This document shows, in pieces, positions 18,221-27,713 of a stretch of 64,000 bases of DNA. The notes below the pieces were generated by a model. The model was not told where the DNA came from and searched no databases. It saw only the letters and a program-made list of their open reading frames with translations. How positions within the stretch are numbered: position 1 is the stretch's first letter; each line of letters starts with the position of its first letter. A program made the translations under genes and the position numbers. The DNA is from an uncultured virus (IMG/VR IMGVR_UViG_3300016472_001133) (taxonomy: Duplodnaviria; Heunggongvirae; Uroviricota; Caudoviricetes), in IMG/VR virus record IMGVR_UViG_3300016472_001133. One strand, 5' to 3'.

Positions 18221-18424
18221 TCACCTGACTGAAACCCTGCGGAGGGTACCCATCTCGTGTTCCTTGATAATACCATCGTTCCATGCCACTTTATAAATCC
18301 ACGGAACTCCAAAGGGGCTCTTCAACAACTTTTTATCGATCTTCACCTCGAGAAGAATCCCTAACAACCGGGGATTCAACTCACCGTTCCAATCGATTTT
18401 TCTAACGAGGTCACCGGGGTTCAT
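18221..18424 (-). CDS. KOW/SH3-like array member
   Basis: MNPGDLVRK. Confidence 0.7.
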   Translation of the reverse strand: MNPGDLVRKIDWNGELNPRLLGILLEVKIDKKLLKSPFGVPWIYKVAWNDGIIKEHEMGTLRRVSVR

Positions 18425-18663
18425 CTTACCTTCTGAGCCTCCGATAGGTAACACCATCCGGCACCGTTGGGGGTGAGGACCTCGATTAACCTAGTTCTTC
18501 CTTGGGTATCGTTGAGGGTCTTCATACCGATGACGAGAGCCACGTGTTCAGGTTTCCAGTGGATCGTGTAGCCAAGTTCGGCATTTTCATCGAAGAGAAG
18601 AATGTCCCAAGTACCGATTGGAACCACAAGATCACCAACGTTTTTTCTACGAGACGACGACAT
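18421..18663 (-). CDS. KOW/SH3-like array member
   Basis: NVGDLVVP. Confidence 0.65.
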   Translation of the reverse strand: MSSSRRKNVGDLVVPIGTWDILLFDENAELGYTIHWKPEHVALVIGMKTLNDTQGRTRLIEVLTPNGAGWCYLSEAQKVR

Positions 18664-18679
18664 ACCACCACCGGAGATC

Positions 18680-18916
18680 CTATAGCTTTTTCACCTTGTC
18701 CATGTTCATCCAAACTTCTCTAGAGTCGAAGGCTATCCTGTAGTAATCATTCCGTTTTTCTAGTATGATTCCGATCGTGTCTGGTACTACGTAGATTGAC
18801 TTATGAAACCCACGGACTCTTGGATATGAAGAATACCCTCGCCGACCGTGTTGGGATTTTTCCCATTCGTGAGAAATAACGATGATAAGATCACCGGTCT
18901 TCATCATTTTGATCAA
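18680..18916 (-). CDS. KOW/SH3-like array member
   Basis: MKTGDLIIV. Confidence 0.7.
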   Translation of the reverse strand: MIKMMKTGDLIIVISHEWEKSQHGRRGYSSYPRVRGFHKSIYVVPDTIGIILEKRNDYYRIAFDSREVWMNMDKVKKL

Positions 18917-19150
18917 TCATAATTCATTTTTTAATAAAGTTTCTACAATATCATTTTGATCGATCCAAGAATCCCATATTTCTCCATCAATTTTCAAAAC
19001 TTTCAAATTAAAAATCGGTCCAGGACGACTTTGCTGAGAATCATACCTTGGAATGTGGGGAGACTCCAGAGAAATTGATAATAATATTCCTATAAACTTA
19101 TCGGAACATACTCCTCTTAATGTAATTTGTACTAAATCCCCAGGCGACAT
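18917..19150 (-). CDS. KOW/SH3-like array member
   Basis: MSPGDLVQI. Confidence 0.7.
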   Translation of the reverse strand: MSPGDLVQITLRGVCSDKFIGILLSISLESPHIPRYDSQQSRPGPIFNLKVLKIDGEIWDSWIDQNDIVETLLKNEL

Positions 19151-19151
19151 A

Positions 19152-19418
19152 TTAACTCAACGACTTTAACCACTCAAAAGGGACCCACCCTCTTCCTTGT
19201 GGAACTAAAATCATCGCGAATCCAGACGTATAAAATAAGTCTGGTACATCTAACGTTTCAACGATAAGACCTATGTCTCCACAGTAGAATCGAGTATTAT
19301 TTGGAATGGTTTTCTCTAGAGGTACTCTACAATACGTTAACCTGTAATCACCTTCAAAATTTGTAGTGATCAACTGTCCGCATTTAAATATTTTCTCTAA
19401 AGAAGAGCTTGATTGCAT
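19152..19418 (-). CDS. KOW/SH3-like array member
   Basis: FKCGQLIT...GRGWV. Confidence 0.7.
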   Translation of the reverse strand: MQSSSSLEKIFKCGQLITTNFEGDYRLTYCRVPLEKTIPNNTRFYCGDIGLIVETLDVPDLFYTSGFAMILVPQGRGWVPFEWLKSLS

Positions 19419-19427
19419 CTCCCATAA

Positions 19428-19817
19428 TTAACACGTAATTTTAGGAGCGCAAGCACAATTTATCGATTTGCAAAAATCAGGTCCATTTAGATCAACTCCG
19501 CAAGTTGGACAGTGCGTAATCGTTTTTGTGTAATCGCTTTCGTCCAACTTTTTCTGTTTCTTTTGCTTTTTCATATTTTTTACATTTTTCAACATAAAAT
19601 CCAAAATCCTAAATTTGTTTCCGTTTTCTAATAAAACGCTATAAATGTTTTTTTCTGAATCATACTCTACGATGAGACCCATTCTGTCAATGAGACCCTC
19701 ACCGATCACAAAACTATTTGGATCTTCAACTATCTTTACCAAATCTCCTACTTTAAATCTTTGAACATCTTTCGAGATAGCTTTGGTCTTTTTCTTTCCA
19801 ATGACATTACGCATCAT
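19428..19817 (-). CDS. KOW/SH3-like protein with Cys-rich tail
   Basis: FKVGDLVKI; CPTCG...C...CAC. Confidence 0.7.
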   Translation of the reverse strand: MMRNVIGKKKTKAISKDVQRFKVGDLVKIVEDPNSFVIGEGLIDRMGLIVEYDSEKNIYSVLLENGNKFRILDFMLKNVKNMKKQKKQKKLDESDYTKTITHCPTCGVDLNGPDFCKSINCACAPKITC

Positions 19818-20754
19818 TCTCCTTGCTCTTTTCAGAAATTAACCCTAATAGATCAAGTTGATCATAAGAATCTAAAATAAGAGATGCCAATAGAATATTG
19901 CTTGCATCCCATCTCCAAATTAATTCTTTAACCTTTCCACGTAAATGTTTCATGTCGACCGGTCGATTCCACATCACAGGACCATCTCCTAATTGAATCT
20001 TTTCAGCAAGATTGACGGCTGCATGTGATAGAATCTTTTGAGAATCGCTGGTTACTCTTAAGTTGTGTCGTACGGCCCATTTTGAGACTCTCCATAATAG
20101 GTTGTCCTTATCGCCCCTAAAAATCTCTAGCTCGCCCCTCTTTTCGCAATCTAACCAACGATTTGTGTAGTAAAATCCACTCTTGTCTAGATAACACTGC
20201 GCATTGACAATGTCAAAAGATTCAAGTATTTGACACGGATCACCTGTAATTTTCGTGATTGCTTGTACGAGGGCATTACCAAAATAATATTCTCGTCCCC
20301 ATCCAGCCAAAGTCGGAGCATCACCTGACGGATACAAGTTGGAGACTTTATACCTCTTCACTTCCATGTTGAGGAATTGGATGACATCAGATGCATCTGA
20401 ATCATTTTTAAAATAAAAGTCAATATCTCCAGCCCCTGATTTCCAAAAACGATTTTTAAGCCTATCTTCTGCATCCTTCGGGATTCTAAAAGATGGCAAA
20501 ATGAGGTATTCCTCTACACGGTTTTGAGGATCATCATTTTTAAATCTTGGACCTTCTTCTGGCAAAGTACCATAACTCAATTCAGAAAACAACCATCTGC
20601 CAACGATCGCAGCAGATCCTCCTGACACATAGCCGCCTCTTGAGAAGACGCCTTCCAACGTTTCGATGACACGTGGTATAAAGACGCGAGATTTTGCAAA
20701 TTTTTGCTTAATTAATCGCAAAGGATCACAGGAAAGTGCCTCAAACGATAACAT
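19807..20754 (-). CDS. Putative nucleotidyltransferase-fold protein
   Basis: GYVSGGSA...GDIDFYF; ILESFDI motif. Confidence 0.55.
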   Translation of the reverse strand: MLSFEALSCDPLRLIKQKFAKSRVFIPRVIETLEGVFSRGGYVSGGSAAIVGRWLFSELSYGTLPEEGPRFKNDDPQNRVEEYLILPSFRIPKDAEDRLKNRFWKSGAGDIDFYFKNDSDASDVIQFLNMEVKRYKVSNLYPSGDAPTLAGWGREYYFGNALVQAITKITGDPCQILESFDIVNAQCYLDKSGFYYTNRWLDCEKRGELEIFRGDKDNLLWRVSKWAVRHNLRVTSDSQKILSHAAVNLAEKIQLGDGPVMWNRPVDMKHLRGKVKELIWRWDASNILLASLILDSYDQLDLLGLISEKSKENDA

Positions 20755-20786
20755 AGATCCATACTACATCAAAGTTATGAGCTTTT

Positions 20787-21107
20787 TCACTGCTTCGATT
20801 TTTTTGATATTTTCATCCAAACTCCCCAAAGAACCGGGACTGCGATCCAATGAAGACACAGCATCCATGATATCGGCATTCCTGCATAAAATACAGGATG
20901 AACAAATTTTCCTAACGTCCAAAACGCGGCTGGAAACAGAACATCTTCTATTATTTCCCATCCAATGAATATGATGAGAAGAGGAACTCCTCCCTTTATG
21001 AACACATCTTTTAGTTCTGAAATAGAAAAATGTTCTAGTTTGTGCTTTAAACGATGCTTTAAAGCAAATGAAATTGATCTAAATAAATTTAATCCTCTTT
21101 GGAACAT
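20787..21107 (-). CDS. Small membrane protein
   Basis: Hydrophobic segments. Confidence 0.6.
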   Translation of the reverse strand: MFQRGLNLFRSISFALKHRLKHKLEHFSISELKDVFIKGGVPLLIIFIGWEIIEDVLFPAAFWTLGKFVHPVFYAGMPISWMLCLHWIAVPVLWGVWMKISKKSKQ

Positions 21108-21112
21108 CGCTG

Positions 21113-21122
21113 AATAATTATT
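21113..21122. promoter_or_regulatory. Palindromic AATAATTATT between divergent genes; candidate bidirectional late promoter
   Basis: ATAATTA lies 4 and 7 nt upstream of the ATGs at 21125 and 21107. Confidence 0.4.
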
Positions 21123-21124
21123 TC

Positions 21125-21760
21125 ATGCTTGAGACAGAACAAAAATTATACGAAATAATCTTAGAAGAAATTGAATCAATTTTAGGAGAAGAAGAGAAAA
21201 AAAGCAAGGTTAATCCTTCTTATCTAAAAGGTTCTCCTGAAAAGGAAAAGAGAGCAAAAGAAATAAGAGCGCGCGCAAAGAAAGACACTGATGATCCATC
21301 AGCTTATCGACCTTTTGCCACAGACAAAGACCCAAAGACTGGTGAGCCAATAAAAACAAAACCTTCCAAATGGAACAAGAAAGTTAAAGACATGTTCGGA
21401 GAATCATTAATCGAAAATGAAGACTTGTTAGAAGAAGATCTAGATTTGGCGGTCGACTTAGACGTCCTAAAAGAATTTATCGCGGAGGCCGTCCTCGAAG
21501 AGAAGAAAAAAGGAAACAACGTCACAAAAGCTCTGAAAAACAAGGCAGAAAAGTCTGGCGCGCCGATGAGCGCCTTGCGAGCAATCTATAATAAAGGTCT
21601 AGCAGCATGGAGAACGGGACATAGACCCGGGGCTTCTCAACATGCGTGGGCAATGGCCAGAGTCAATAGCGTGCTTGCAGGCGGTCCCGCAAGAAAAGTC
21701 GACGCCGCTCAATGGAATCAAATCAAAAAAGCACGTGGCAAAAAGAAGAAAAAGAAATGA
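21125..21760 (+). CDS. Conserved phage protein (AWRTGHRPGASQHAWAMARVNS domain)
   Basis: 211-aa ORF, basic C-terminal domain. Confidence 0.75.
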   Translation: MLETEQKLYEIILEEIESILGEEEKKSKVNPSYLKGSPEKEKRAKEIRARAKKDTDDPSAYRPFATDKDPKTGEPIKTKPSKWNKKVKDMFGESLIENEDLLEEDLDLAVDLDVLKEFIAEAVLEEKKKGNNVTKALKNKAEKSGAPMSALRAIYNKGLAAWRTGHRPGASQHAWAMARVNSVLAGGPARKVDAAQWNQIKKARGKKKKKK

Positions 21761-22134
21761 AAAAACCGTCTAGAATAAATGAGCTTGGCGCAGCAAAAAC
21801 TCACGTGGCTCTTGCCAAAATAAAAAAACAGTTAGATGAACCTGTCGTTGGCATCGGTAAAGTTATTAGCGCAATTCAAAAGAGCCAAAACGCTGACGTA
21901 ACTGGTGATGGTCAAGTCGATGATCAAGACAAGAAGGTTCTCGACGATTTAATAGCTCAACTCAATAATGTGGTCGCATACGTGGGTGGAGCTGGGATGG
22001 ACATATTTAATTTGAATTCTAGCTTGAGAAAAAACAAATACGTCGTATCTGCTATTGATGCCAACCTCGAAGAAAAAGTTCTTCGAGGCGTTCTTCGCGA
22101 GTTAATCAAAGAAGAACTTAAGCGTTCTCGATGA
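21757..22134 (+). CDS. Hypothetical protein with EF-hand/dockerin-like DVTGDGQVD loop
   Basis: ATGA overlap with upstream gene. Confidence 0.65.
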   Translation: MKKPSRINELGAAKTHVALAKIKKQLDEPVVGIGKVISAIQKSQNADVTGDGQVDDQDKKVLDDLIAQLNNVVAYVGGAGMDIFNLNSSLRKNKYVVSAIDANLEEKVLRGVLRELIKEELKRSR

Positions 22135-24453
22135 TCACTGTTCCTCCTTACAGGAATAGCTGATCTCCCATTTTTCTAGAACCGGTGTGTTCTTCTTGTT
22201 AGCGTCGACCTTGATACTGACCTCCAACTCCAGGAACTTCTTCTGAGCTTGAATCTTTCCAAGCACGTTGTAGAGGTCAACCGGACATGGTGACGGTCCG
22301 CTGGCCAAACAATCAGGAGATGCATTCGTCGATTTGGTCGACACAGAATACCAAGTTGCAGAAGAAAGATCTGCTTTCGTTCCCGCTGTCCTCACGCGGA
22401 ATGAAACTTCTGTGCCAGGCGGTGTTGTTGAATCCCAAGACAAGAAACCCCAGACTGGTGTCTCGCCAGATTCACAAGTAGTTTCATAAGATTCCACTTT
22501 GGTGGTATCTAGATAACCCCCTGGACATTTTGGTGGATATCCACAGGCCGCATTATAGAAGAATCCCCAGTTGTCACCCTTGAAGCACTCAGCCTTGTTG
22601 TAGCTGGCGTTCGTGGACGGGTTGACCATGACCTCGTCTCCGTCGACCACATTACAGCTCTTCACGTTGCGACACTCACCGGCCGGAATAGCTTCATCGG
22701 TGTAGCAGTACTTCGCACCCGGAAGCGATGTTGGTTCTGTTCCAAAATAACCTGAACCCTTCGGCATGATTGCGATCGGAATACCTTTCGGTGCTTCTTT
22801 GGACCCAGTGTTGCAGATTGGGACGATCGGCGTGTTACCTGATTGACAGGTGAGGCCAACCCCGAGTTCAAAGTCTCCACACTTGTCATCGAAGTTTGGA
22901 GCCTCCCATTCTACACAATCACCGGCTCCCTTCTTGACTCCATCGCAATAGTTGTGACATGTATCGTGGACCGCATTGATACAGGTGGCATCCCAATCTC
23001 CCTTCCAACTCATGGGACAAGCTCCAGGATTATAAACCTTGTATTGATCTACGCACTTTTGGGTCCACTCACCCTCGTAACTCTTCTCGCAGGAATAATA
23101 GATCCAACCGTACTCAGGCTCATCCCAACACTTTTGTGTCAGTTCCCACCAGCACTCGTAACGCTCTTCCCACCAACATTCATACACGTATTGCTGCTCC
23201 CACCAGCACTCATAAACATAGATCTGTTCCCACCAACACTCGTACACATATCGAAGCTCCCACCAGCATTCATATACGTAGATCTGTTCCCACCAACACT
23301 CATAGACATATACTTGTTCCCACCAGCACTCGTACCGGTAATCCCACCAGCAAGTGTAGCACCATTCGCACCAGAAGAAGTTACAACAATAATTCCACCC
23401 GCAAACATAGGTCTGTCGCCAGCCACAGACGTATACTTCTCTCCATCTCCATCCGCAAACGTATATTTCTCTCCACCGCCACCCGCAGACGTAGAACTCA
23501 CGCCATCTCCAGCCACATTTATAAATTTCTCTCCAACGCCAACCACATGTGTATACTTCTCTCCATCTCCATCCGCAGAAATAGTAATTACGCCAGCCAC
23601 ACTTGTAAGTTTCGATCCATTCGCAAACCTGTTTATATCCAATGATTCCCCAATAACTACAGGTTTCGATCTGAGTATAAGGGCAACACGTCTTGTCCCA
23701 ATCACAGGTCTTCTTGACATTTGGATCGCAATCTTTAGTTAACCCCTTTTGATAGGTCAAGCAAGGTTCGACTTCACAAGTACCTGTATACTTCTTCTCG
23801 CAGCACTGAGGCTTCTCGTCACAGATCTTGTCAACACACTTGGTCTCACAACCCTTGATTAAACCTGCACCTTTGGTGCAGATGTCATGAGAGCAACTTC
23901 CTTGAGCTGGATCTTGACACTTCTGGTTCTGGTGGCATTGCGAACCATGTGTGCAAGGTTCTTTGGCTGCGCCTCCCTTGTTCGCCTTATCGATACTATC
24001 CGCTGGAGTGCTAGACCAATTCCACGGCCATTTGCAGATAGAACCGTCTGCCTTCCACTTCCCATCTTCTACCCACTTACTGCAACGAGGATCGCAGGGA
24101 TTATCAGTGCAAACTTTTTCAGAGGTTAGCGATAAAGGTTTGCCATCATCATTTGGAATTTTTTTGACATCTTCGCCGTCTGAACAGTCAGACCATTCAC
24201 CATCTACACAAGTTTGAACTCCAACGAAGCAACTAAGAACACCTTCATGTTCACCAAGCGCAACATGACAAGTTCGTTTTTCTTCTTCTTTGCAGGATTC
24301 AGGTTCTTTAGGTTCGTTGCCCCCCTGCGAAGAATCGCTTATGTCATCAGAAAAAACTACATCAGTAGTTGTCTCTTTTGTTTCGCTTACGCATGAAATT
24401 ATTGCGCAAATGGCTAAAGCAAAAAATTTTTTTAAATGCGAAGATGAATTCAT
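22135..24453 (-). CDS. Exported Cys-rich (lipo)protein with mirror-symmetric Cys/Trp repeats
   Basis: Signal peptide ending IISC; CGWRWRExY and YECWWEQxY repeats. Confidence 0.85.
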   Translation of the reverse strand: MNSSSHLKKFFALAICAIISCVSETKETTTDVVFSDDISDSSQGGNEPKEPESCKEEEKRTCHVALGEHEGVLSCFVGVQTCVDGEWSDCSDGEDVKKIPNDDGKPLSLTSEKVCTDNPCDPRCSKWVEDGKWKADGSICKWPWNWSSTPADSIDKANKGGAAKEPCTHGSQCHQNQKCQDPAQGSCSHDICTKGAGLIKGCETKCVDKICDEKPQCCEKKYTGTCEVEPCLTYQKGLTKDCDPNVKKTCDWDKTCCPYTQIETCSYWGIIGYKQVCEWIETYKCGWRNYYFCGWRWREVYTCGWRWREIYKCGWRWREFYVCGWRWREIYVCGWRWREVYVCGWRQTYVCGWNYCCNFFWCEWCYTCWWDYRYECWWEQVYVYECWWEQIYVYECWWELRYVYECWWEQIYVYECWWEQQYVYECWWEERYECWWELTQKCWDEPEYGWIYYSCEKSYEGEWTQKCVDQYKVYNPGACPMSWKGDWDATCINAVHDTCHNYCDGVKKGAGDCVEWEAPNFDDKCGDFELGVGLTCQSGNTPIVPICNTGSKEAPKGIPIAIMPKGSGYFGTEPTSLPGAKYCYTDEAIPAGECRNVKSCNVVDGDEVMVNPSTNASYNKAECFKGDNWGFFYNAACGYPPKCPGGYLDTTKVESYETTCESGETPVWGFLSWDSTTPPGTEVSFRVRTAGTKADLSSATWYSVSTKSTNASPDCLASGPSPCPVDLYNVLGKIQAQKKFLELEVSIKVDANKKNTPVLEKWEISYSCKEEQ

Positions 24454-24491
24454 TAGTTATTGATAATATACTACAAACAACAAAAAATGAA

Positions 24492-24836
24492 CTAAACTCT
24501 TCCGTAACTGTCTTCTAGCCTGATAACATCATCAAGTTCAGAAGTTGAAACTTCAATCACGTCAACATCTCCGTCATACGCGGACATTCTATGAATAATA
24601 GTAGGTTTAATTCTTATCGAATCTCCAGAATTCATTTTAAAGATTTTCCTAGACTCGCCTTCTCTTATTTCCATCGTTAAAATACCTGATTGAACCAATA
24701 TCGTTTCATCTTTTACGTTATGATATTGTAGCGATAGACAAAACCCATTTGAAATATGGAGAATTTTCCCAACATATTTTTCAGTTTCCGCCCAAATCAG
24801 TTCATGCCCCCACGGTTTGTCAACTTTTCTAGCCAT
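24492..24836 (-). CDS. Cupin, mannose-6-phosphate-isomerase C-terminal-like
   Basis: KPWG, LSLQYH..KDET, HRM, EVST..DDVIRLEDSYGR. Confidence 0.8.
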   Translation of the reverse strand: MARKVDKPWGHELIWAETEKYVGKILHISNGFCLSLQYHNVKDETILVQSGILTMEIREGESRKIFKMNSGDSIRIKPTIIHRMSAYDGDVDVIEVSTSELDDVIRLEDSYGRV

Positions 24837-24853
24837 TTTTTTCCCCTTGAAAA

Positions 24854-25846
24854 TCATATGGCTTCTGGATTATCACTCCAATGTATAATAACATCTTTTC
24901 CAACTTGAGTCGTGATAAAATCTTTGATTGCCCACTCAGAAGAGAAAGAAAGTTTTCTTCCTTTATAATACATGTTCCATGCTCGGATTTCTCTTAAAAT
25001 ATCCATCTTCGATATAACAAGATCTGTCACACCATTGACTTTTACTGCTTTAACTAGATTATCAATATTCAACCAATTACACTGCCGCGGCCTATTGGTG
25101 GTTGCACCAAACTCATTACCTAGTTGCCTAATCTTTTCAAAAACTGGATCTTTCGGTTCAAACTTCTTTGAACCAACATAAGTCTCATAAATTTTTGCTG
25201 CTCCATAAATTCTTCTAATCTTTTGTGGTGGAACTCCATTCATAACTGCAGATCCAACCGTACAATGAGAAGAAGTCACATAGGGATAATCACCCCAGTC
25301 TATGTCTAAATAAAATCCTTGCGCTCCTTCAAAGAGGATGCTGCATTCTTGTTTTTCATGAAATTCTTCATAAACATCAATTAAATAAGGTTGTAATTCA
25401 TGAAAATCTTCAGCACGTTTTCCTTTTCTTGCGTACTTGTCTCTATATGCAGGTCCGTTGCCTCGTTTTGTTGTTCCGATTGAAACGTCTTGTTGATCTT
25501 CTTCAAGATGCTTATTAGTAATGATATGAGTATTTTTTGAAATAAAAACTAAATCATCCGGATCAATTCCTTTATCATAAAGCATATCCATTTCATCAAA
25601 GAAATGATCTATATTAAGAACGCAACCAGGGCCAATGATGCTTTTTACACCATGAAGAACGCCGGCAGGAATGCTATGCGTAACAATTTTTTTGCCTTCA
25701 ACATAAACCGTATGCCCAGCATTATTAGATCCGTTGTATCTAACTGAATGTGTATATTCGCCAGTCTGAACCAATGCGTTCGAAATTTTTCCTTTTCCGC
25801 TATCACCTTGTTGTAGGTCTAAAATTACATCTGCAAACTTAATCAT
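24854..25846 (-). CDS. purA: Adenylosuccinate synthetase (short form)
   Basis: QGDSGKGK, NNAGHT, IGTTKRGNGPAYRDK, EGAQG, EFGATTNRPR. Confidence 0.88.
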   Translation of the reverse strand: MIKFADVILDLQQGDSGKGKISNALVQTGEYTHSVRYNGSNNAGHTVYVEGKKIVTHSIPAGVLHGVKSIIGPGCVLNIDHFFDEMDMLYDKGIDPDDLVFISKNTHIITNKHLEEDQQDVSIGTTKRGNGPAYRDKYARKGKRAEDFHELQPYLIDVYEEFHEKQECSILFEGAQGFYLDIDWGDYPYVTSSHCTVGSAVMNGVPPQKIRRIYGAAKIYETYVGSKKFEPKDPVFEKIRQLGNEFGATTNRPRQCNWLNIDNLVKAVKVNGVTDLVISKMDILREIRAWNMYYKGRKLSFSSEWAIKDFITTQVGKDVIIHWSDNPEAI

Positions 25847-26193
25847 AGCATTTTTCCTTTTTTAATCAAAAAATTTTCAAGGGCCATTCTACGTTCTTCA
25901 AGATCTTTAATTTCTTGTTCTAAAGTCGATTTTACTCTTATAAATGAGTTAAGCTTTGCATTCTCTTCGTCTTCTTTGGAAAACTTCTTTTTATCTTTCG
26001 CCGTTTGAAACAATGCGCATCCTATGGATCCAAAAATAGAAATTATTGCAAAGAAAAGAAGATATCCTCCGATTGTATGCGTTTTTGATCCCATGAATCC
26101 CATGCTAACGCCAATTAATCCAAAGATTTTTGCAATTATAAAAAGAGTAATCGCGACTTTATTTAAGGGTTCTACTTTCATAAATGTATTCAC
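25843..26193 (-). CDS. Membrane protein, 2 TM plus coiled coil
   Basis: Hydrophobic segments. Confidence 0.65.
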   Translation of the reverse strand: MNTFMKVEPLNKVAITLFIIAKIFGLIGVSMGFMGSKTHTIGGYLLFFAIISIFGSIGCALFQTAKDKKKFSKEDEENAKLNSFIRVKSTLEQEIKDLEERRMALENFLIKKGKML

Positions 26194-26196
26194 AAC

Positions 26197-26460
26197 TTAC
26201 AATATCTCTTTTATTTCATCAAAGAAGCACAACCCAACACCATCAGGAATTAAAACCTTAATTCCTATTTGACCTTCTTCTGGGGGTAGAACAATTCCGA
26301 TTTCTCCTTTTTTCCATTCTGGCCAAGATAAAAAATTTTCTTGCTCGAAAACTGATATAGGAGTTAAATAAAAAGATTCTCTTTGGTTAAACGAAGTAGG
26401 AACAACTAATGACCCTACTTTCACAGAAATAGAATACAACGATTCTTTTCTTTTTTTCAC
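26197..26460 (-). CDS. Dispersed KOW/SH3-like protein
   Basis: VKVGSLVVP...GEIGIVL; start uncertain. Confidence 0.55.
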   Translation of the reverse strand: MKKRKESLYSISVKVGSLVVPTSFNQRESFYLTPISVFEQENFLSWPEWKKGEIGIVLPPEEGQIGIKVLIPDGVGLCFFDEIKEIL

Positions 26461-26481
26461 AATTTTATTCTTTGCTGAAAC

Positions 26482-26506
26482 AAAAACGCCCTCCGTTAAG
26501 AGGGCG
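26482..26506 (-). terminator. Intrinsic terminator
   Basis: CGCCCTC/GAGGGCG stem followed by T5 on the minus strand. Confidence 0.6.
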
Positions 26507-26529
26507 ACCAAAATGGTTTTTATTTCTTG

Positions 26530-27174
26530 CTACTTATAAGAAGATACTTTAACAAATGACTTATGCAGTTGCTCTTGTTTTTCTTTTGCCGCAGAAAGAT
26601 CTTCTGGCGATTTTTCCATCAACTTTTTATAAAAAGATAATCGATGTTTTACACCAGACCAGTTGCAAGATTTAACTCCGCCGTAAATTGACATTGCACC
26701 CATGATTGTGTGACATTGTCTCATTCCGATCGACAAATATCGAACAGCGACATTCGCAGAAACCGTCGTGCTCTCTTGAGATGAAGAATTCATTTTTGAA
26801 TATTCTTCCTTCGAGACAAGCCCAGTTCTCTGAATTTGCCAAGGTGATCTTGCCTTGTGAATAAGGTGACCGTCTTTTCGGTACGAATCACATTCGTATG
26901 GTCTGCATTTTCCTTCATGAACGTTTTTTGCAAACTTAGATTCCCAATATCCCTTAGTGACCAAGAGAATTGCTAAGCTTTTTTTATCTTGTGGCCAAGT
27001 TGCTACGCAACCTTCTACGTTGTACTTGTCAGAGCATGTTGCTCTAGATGAAGCATCATCAATCGCTTCAGCGATGATTGTCATCCTATCAGTGCGTTCC
27101 TGCCAGGTCTCGTTATCGCCATAGGCGGGTTGAAGTCCTAGCAAAATTGTTGTAATGTATGCTATGAAACTCAT
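26530..27174 (-). CDS. Putative exported protein, possibly lysozyme-like
   Basis: Hydrophobic N-terminus; WESKF...PWQI pattern. Confidence 0.5.
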   Translation of the reverse strand: MSFIAYITTILLGLQPAYGDNETWQERTDRMTIIAEAIDDASSRATCSDKYNVEGCVATWPQDKKSLAILLVTKGYWESKFAKNVHEGKCRPYECDSYRKDGHLIHKARSPWQIQRTGLVSKEEYSKMNSSSQESTTVSANVAVRYLSIGMRQCHTIMGAMSIYGGVKSCNWSGVKHRLSFYKKLMEKSPEDLSAAKEKQEQLHKSFVKVSSYK

Positions 27175-27290
27175 GGCAATTTATATATTACATTTGATCA
27201 CATTGTTCACAAAAAAATTTTTTATTTTTTCAAATTCGCGTATGAATTTGAAACGTGTAAAGAAAAAAAACAAACGTTACTATTCAAAAA

Positions 27291-27713
27291 ATGAACCGAA
27301 TACCTCCAAGAAGCGGATTTGGATTGATTCAAGAAGACGTATGGCCTGATGAATGGAAAATGTTTACTTCATGCATCATGCTGAATTGTACTTCTAGAAA
27401 ACAAGCAGAAAAAGTTCTTTCTATTTTTTTCACAAAATGGCCATCTGCAAAAGATTTAATTTCAGCAAATGAAGCTGACGTTATTGAAACAATTGCTTCT
27501 TTGGGGTTTAAAAATAGAAGAGCAAAAAATTTACTCAATATGTCAAAAGCTTATTTAAGCAAAAAATGGAAAGACCCTAGAGATCTACCTGGGGTAGGCG
27601 AATACGCAGCTAGATCTTGGGAAATATTTTTTAAAAATAAACTAGGAGATACTCCACCAAATGATGGGGTTCTTGCTTCATATTGGATTTGGAGGAAAAA
27701 ACATGACAATTGA
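27291..27713 (+). CDS. MBD4-like HhH DNA glycosylase
   Basis: PPRSxFxLIQE, IMLNCTS, LGFKNRRA, LPGVGEYA, PND..L..YW match the MBD4 catalytic domain as recalled. Confidence 0.8.
   Translation: MNRIPPRSGFGLIQEDVWPDEWKMFTSCIMLNCTSRKQAEKVLSIFFTKWPSAKDLISANEADVIETIASLGFKNRRAKNLLNMSKAYLSKKWKDPRDLPGVGEYAARSWEIFFKNKLGDTPPNDGVLASYWIWRKKHDN

Larger units (their letters stand above)
10457..19817 (-). repeat. Tandem array of ~39 paralogous small KOW/SH3-like ORFs
   Basis: Shared N-terminal (M)KxGD(L/M)V, central G(I/L)(V/I)(L/I), often GW and terminal LEV(I/V); mostly ATGA/GTGA overlaps. Confidence 0.85.

Noticed and set aside
10457..19817. Diversity-generating retroelement or integron cassette array behind the paralog array
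   Set aside because: No reverse transcriptase, integrase, template/variable repeat pair or attC-like spacers seen; the genes overlap directly
22843..23742. Long alternative-frame ORFs (299, 169 and 193 aa) over the Cys/Trp repeat
   Set aside because: Shadow frames created by the 30-nt repeat; the 772-aa frame has the signal peptide and coherent domains
24854..25846. PurZ (2-aminoadenine DNA) interpretation of the short PurA homolog
   Set aside because: It keeps the catalytic Asp (QGDSGKG) where PurZ has Ser, and I saw no dATPase or MazZ-type partner in the window
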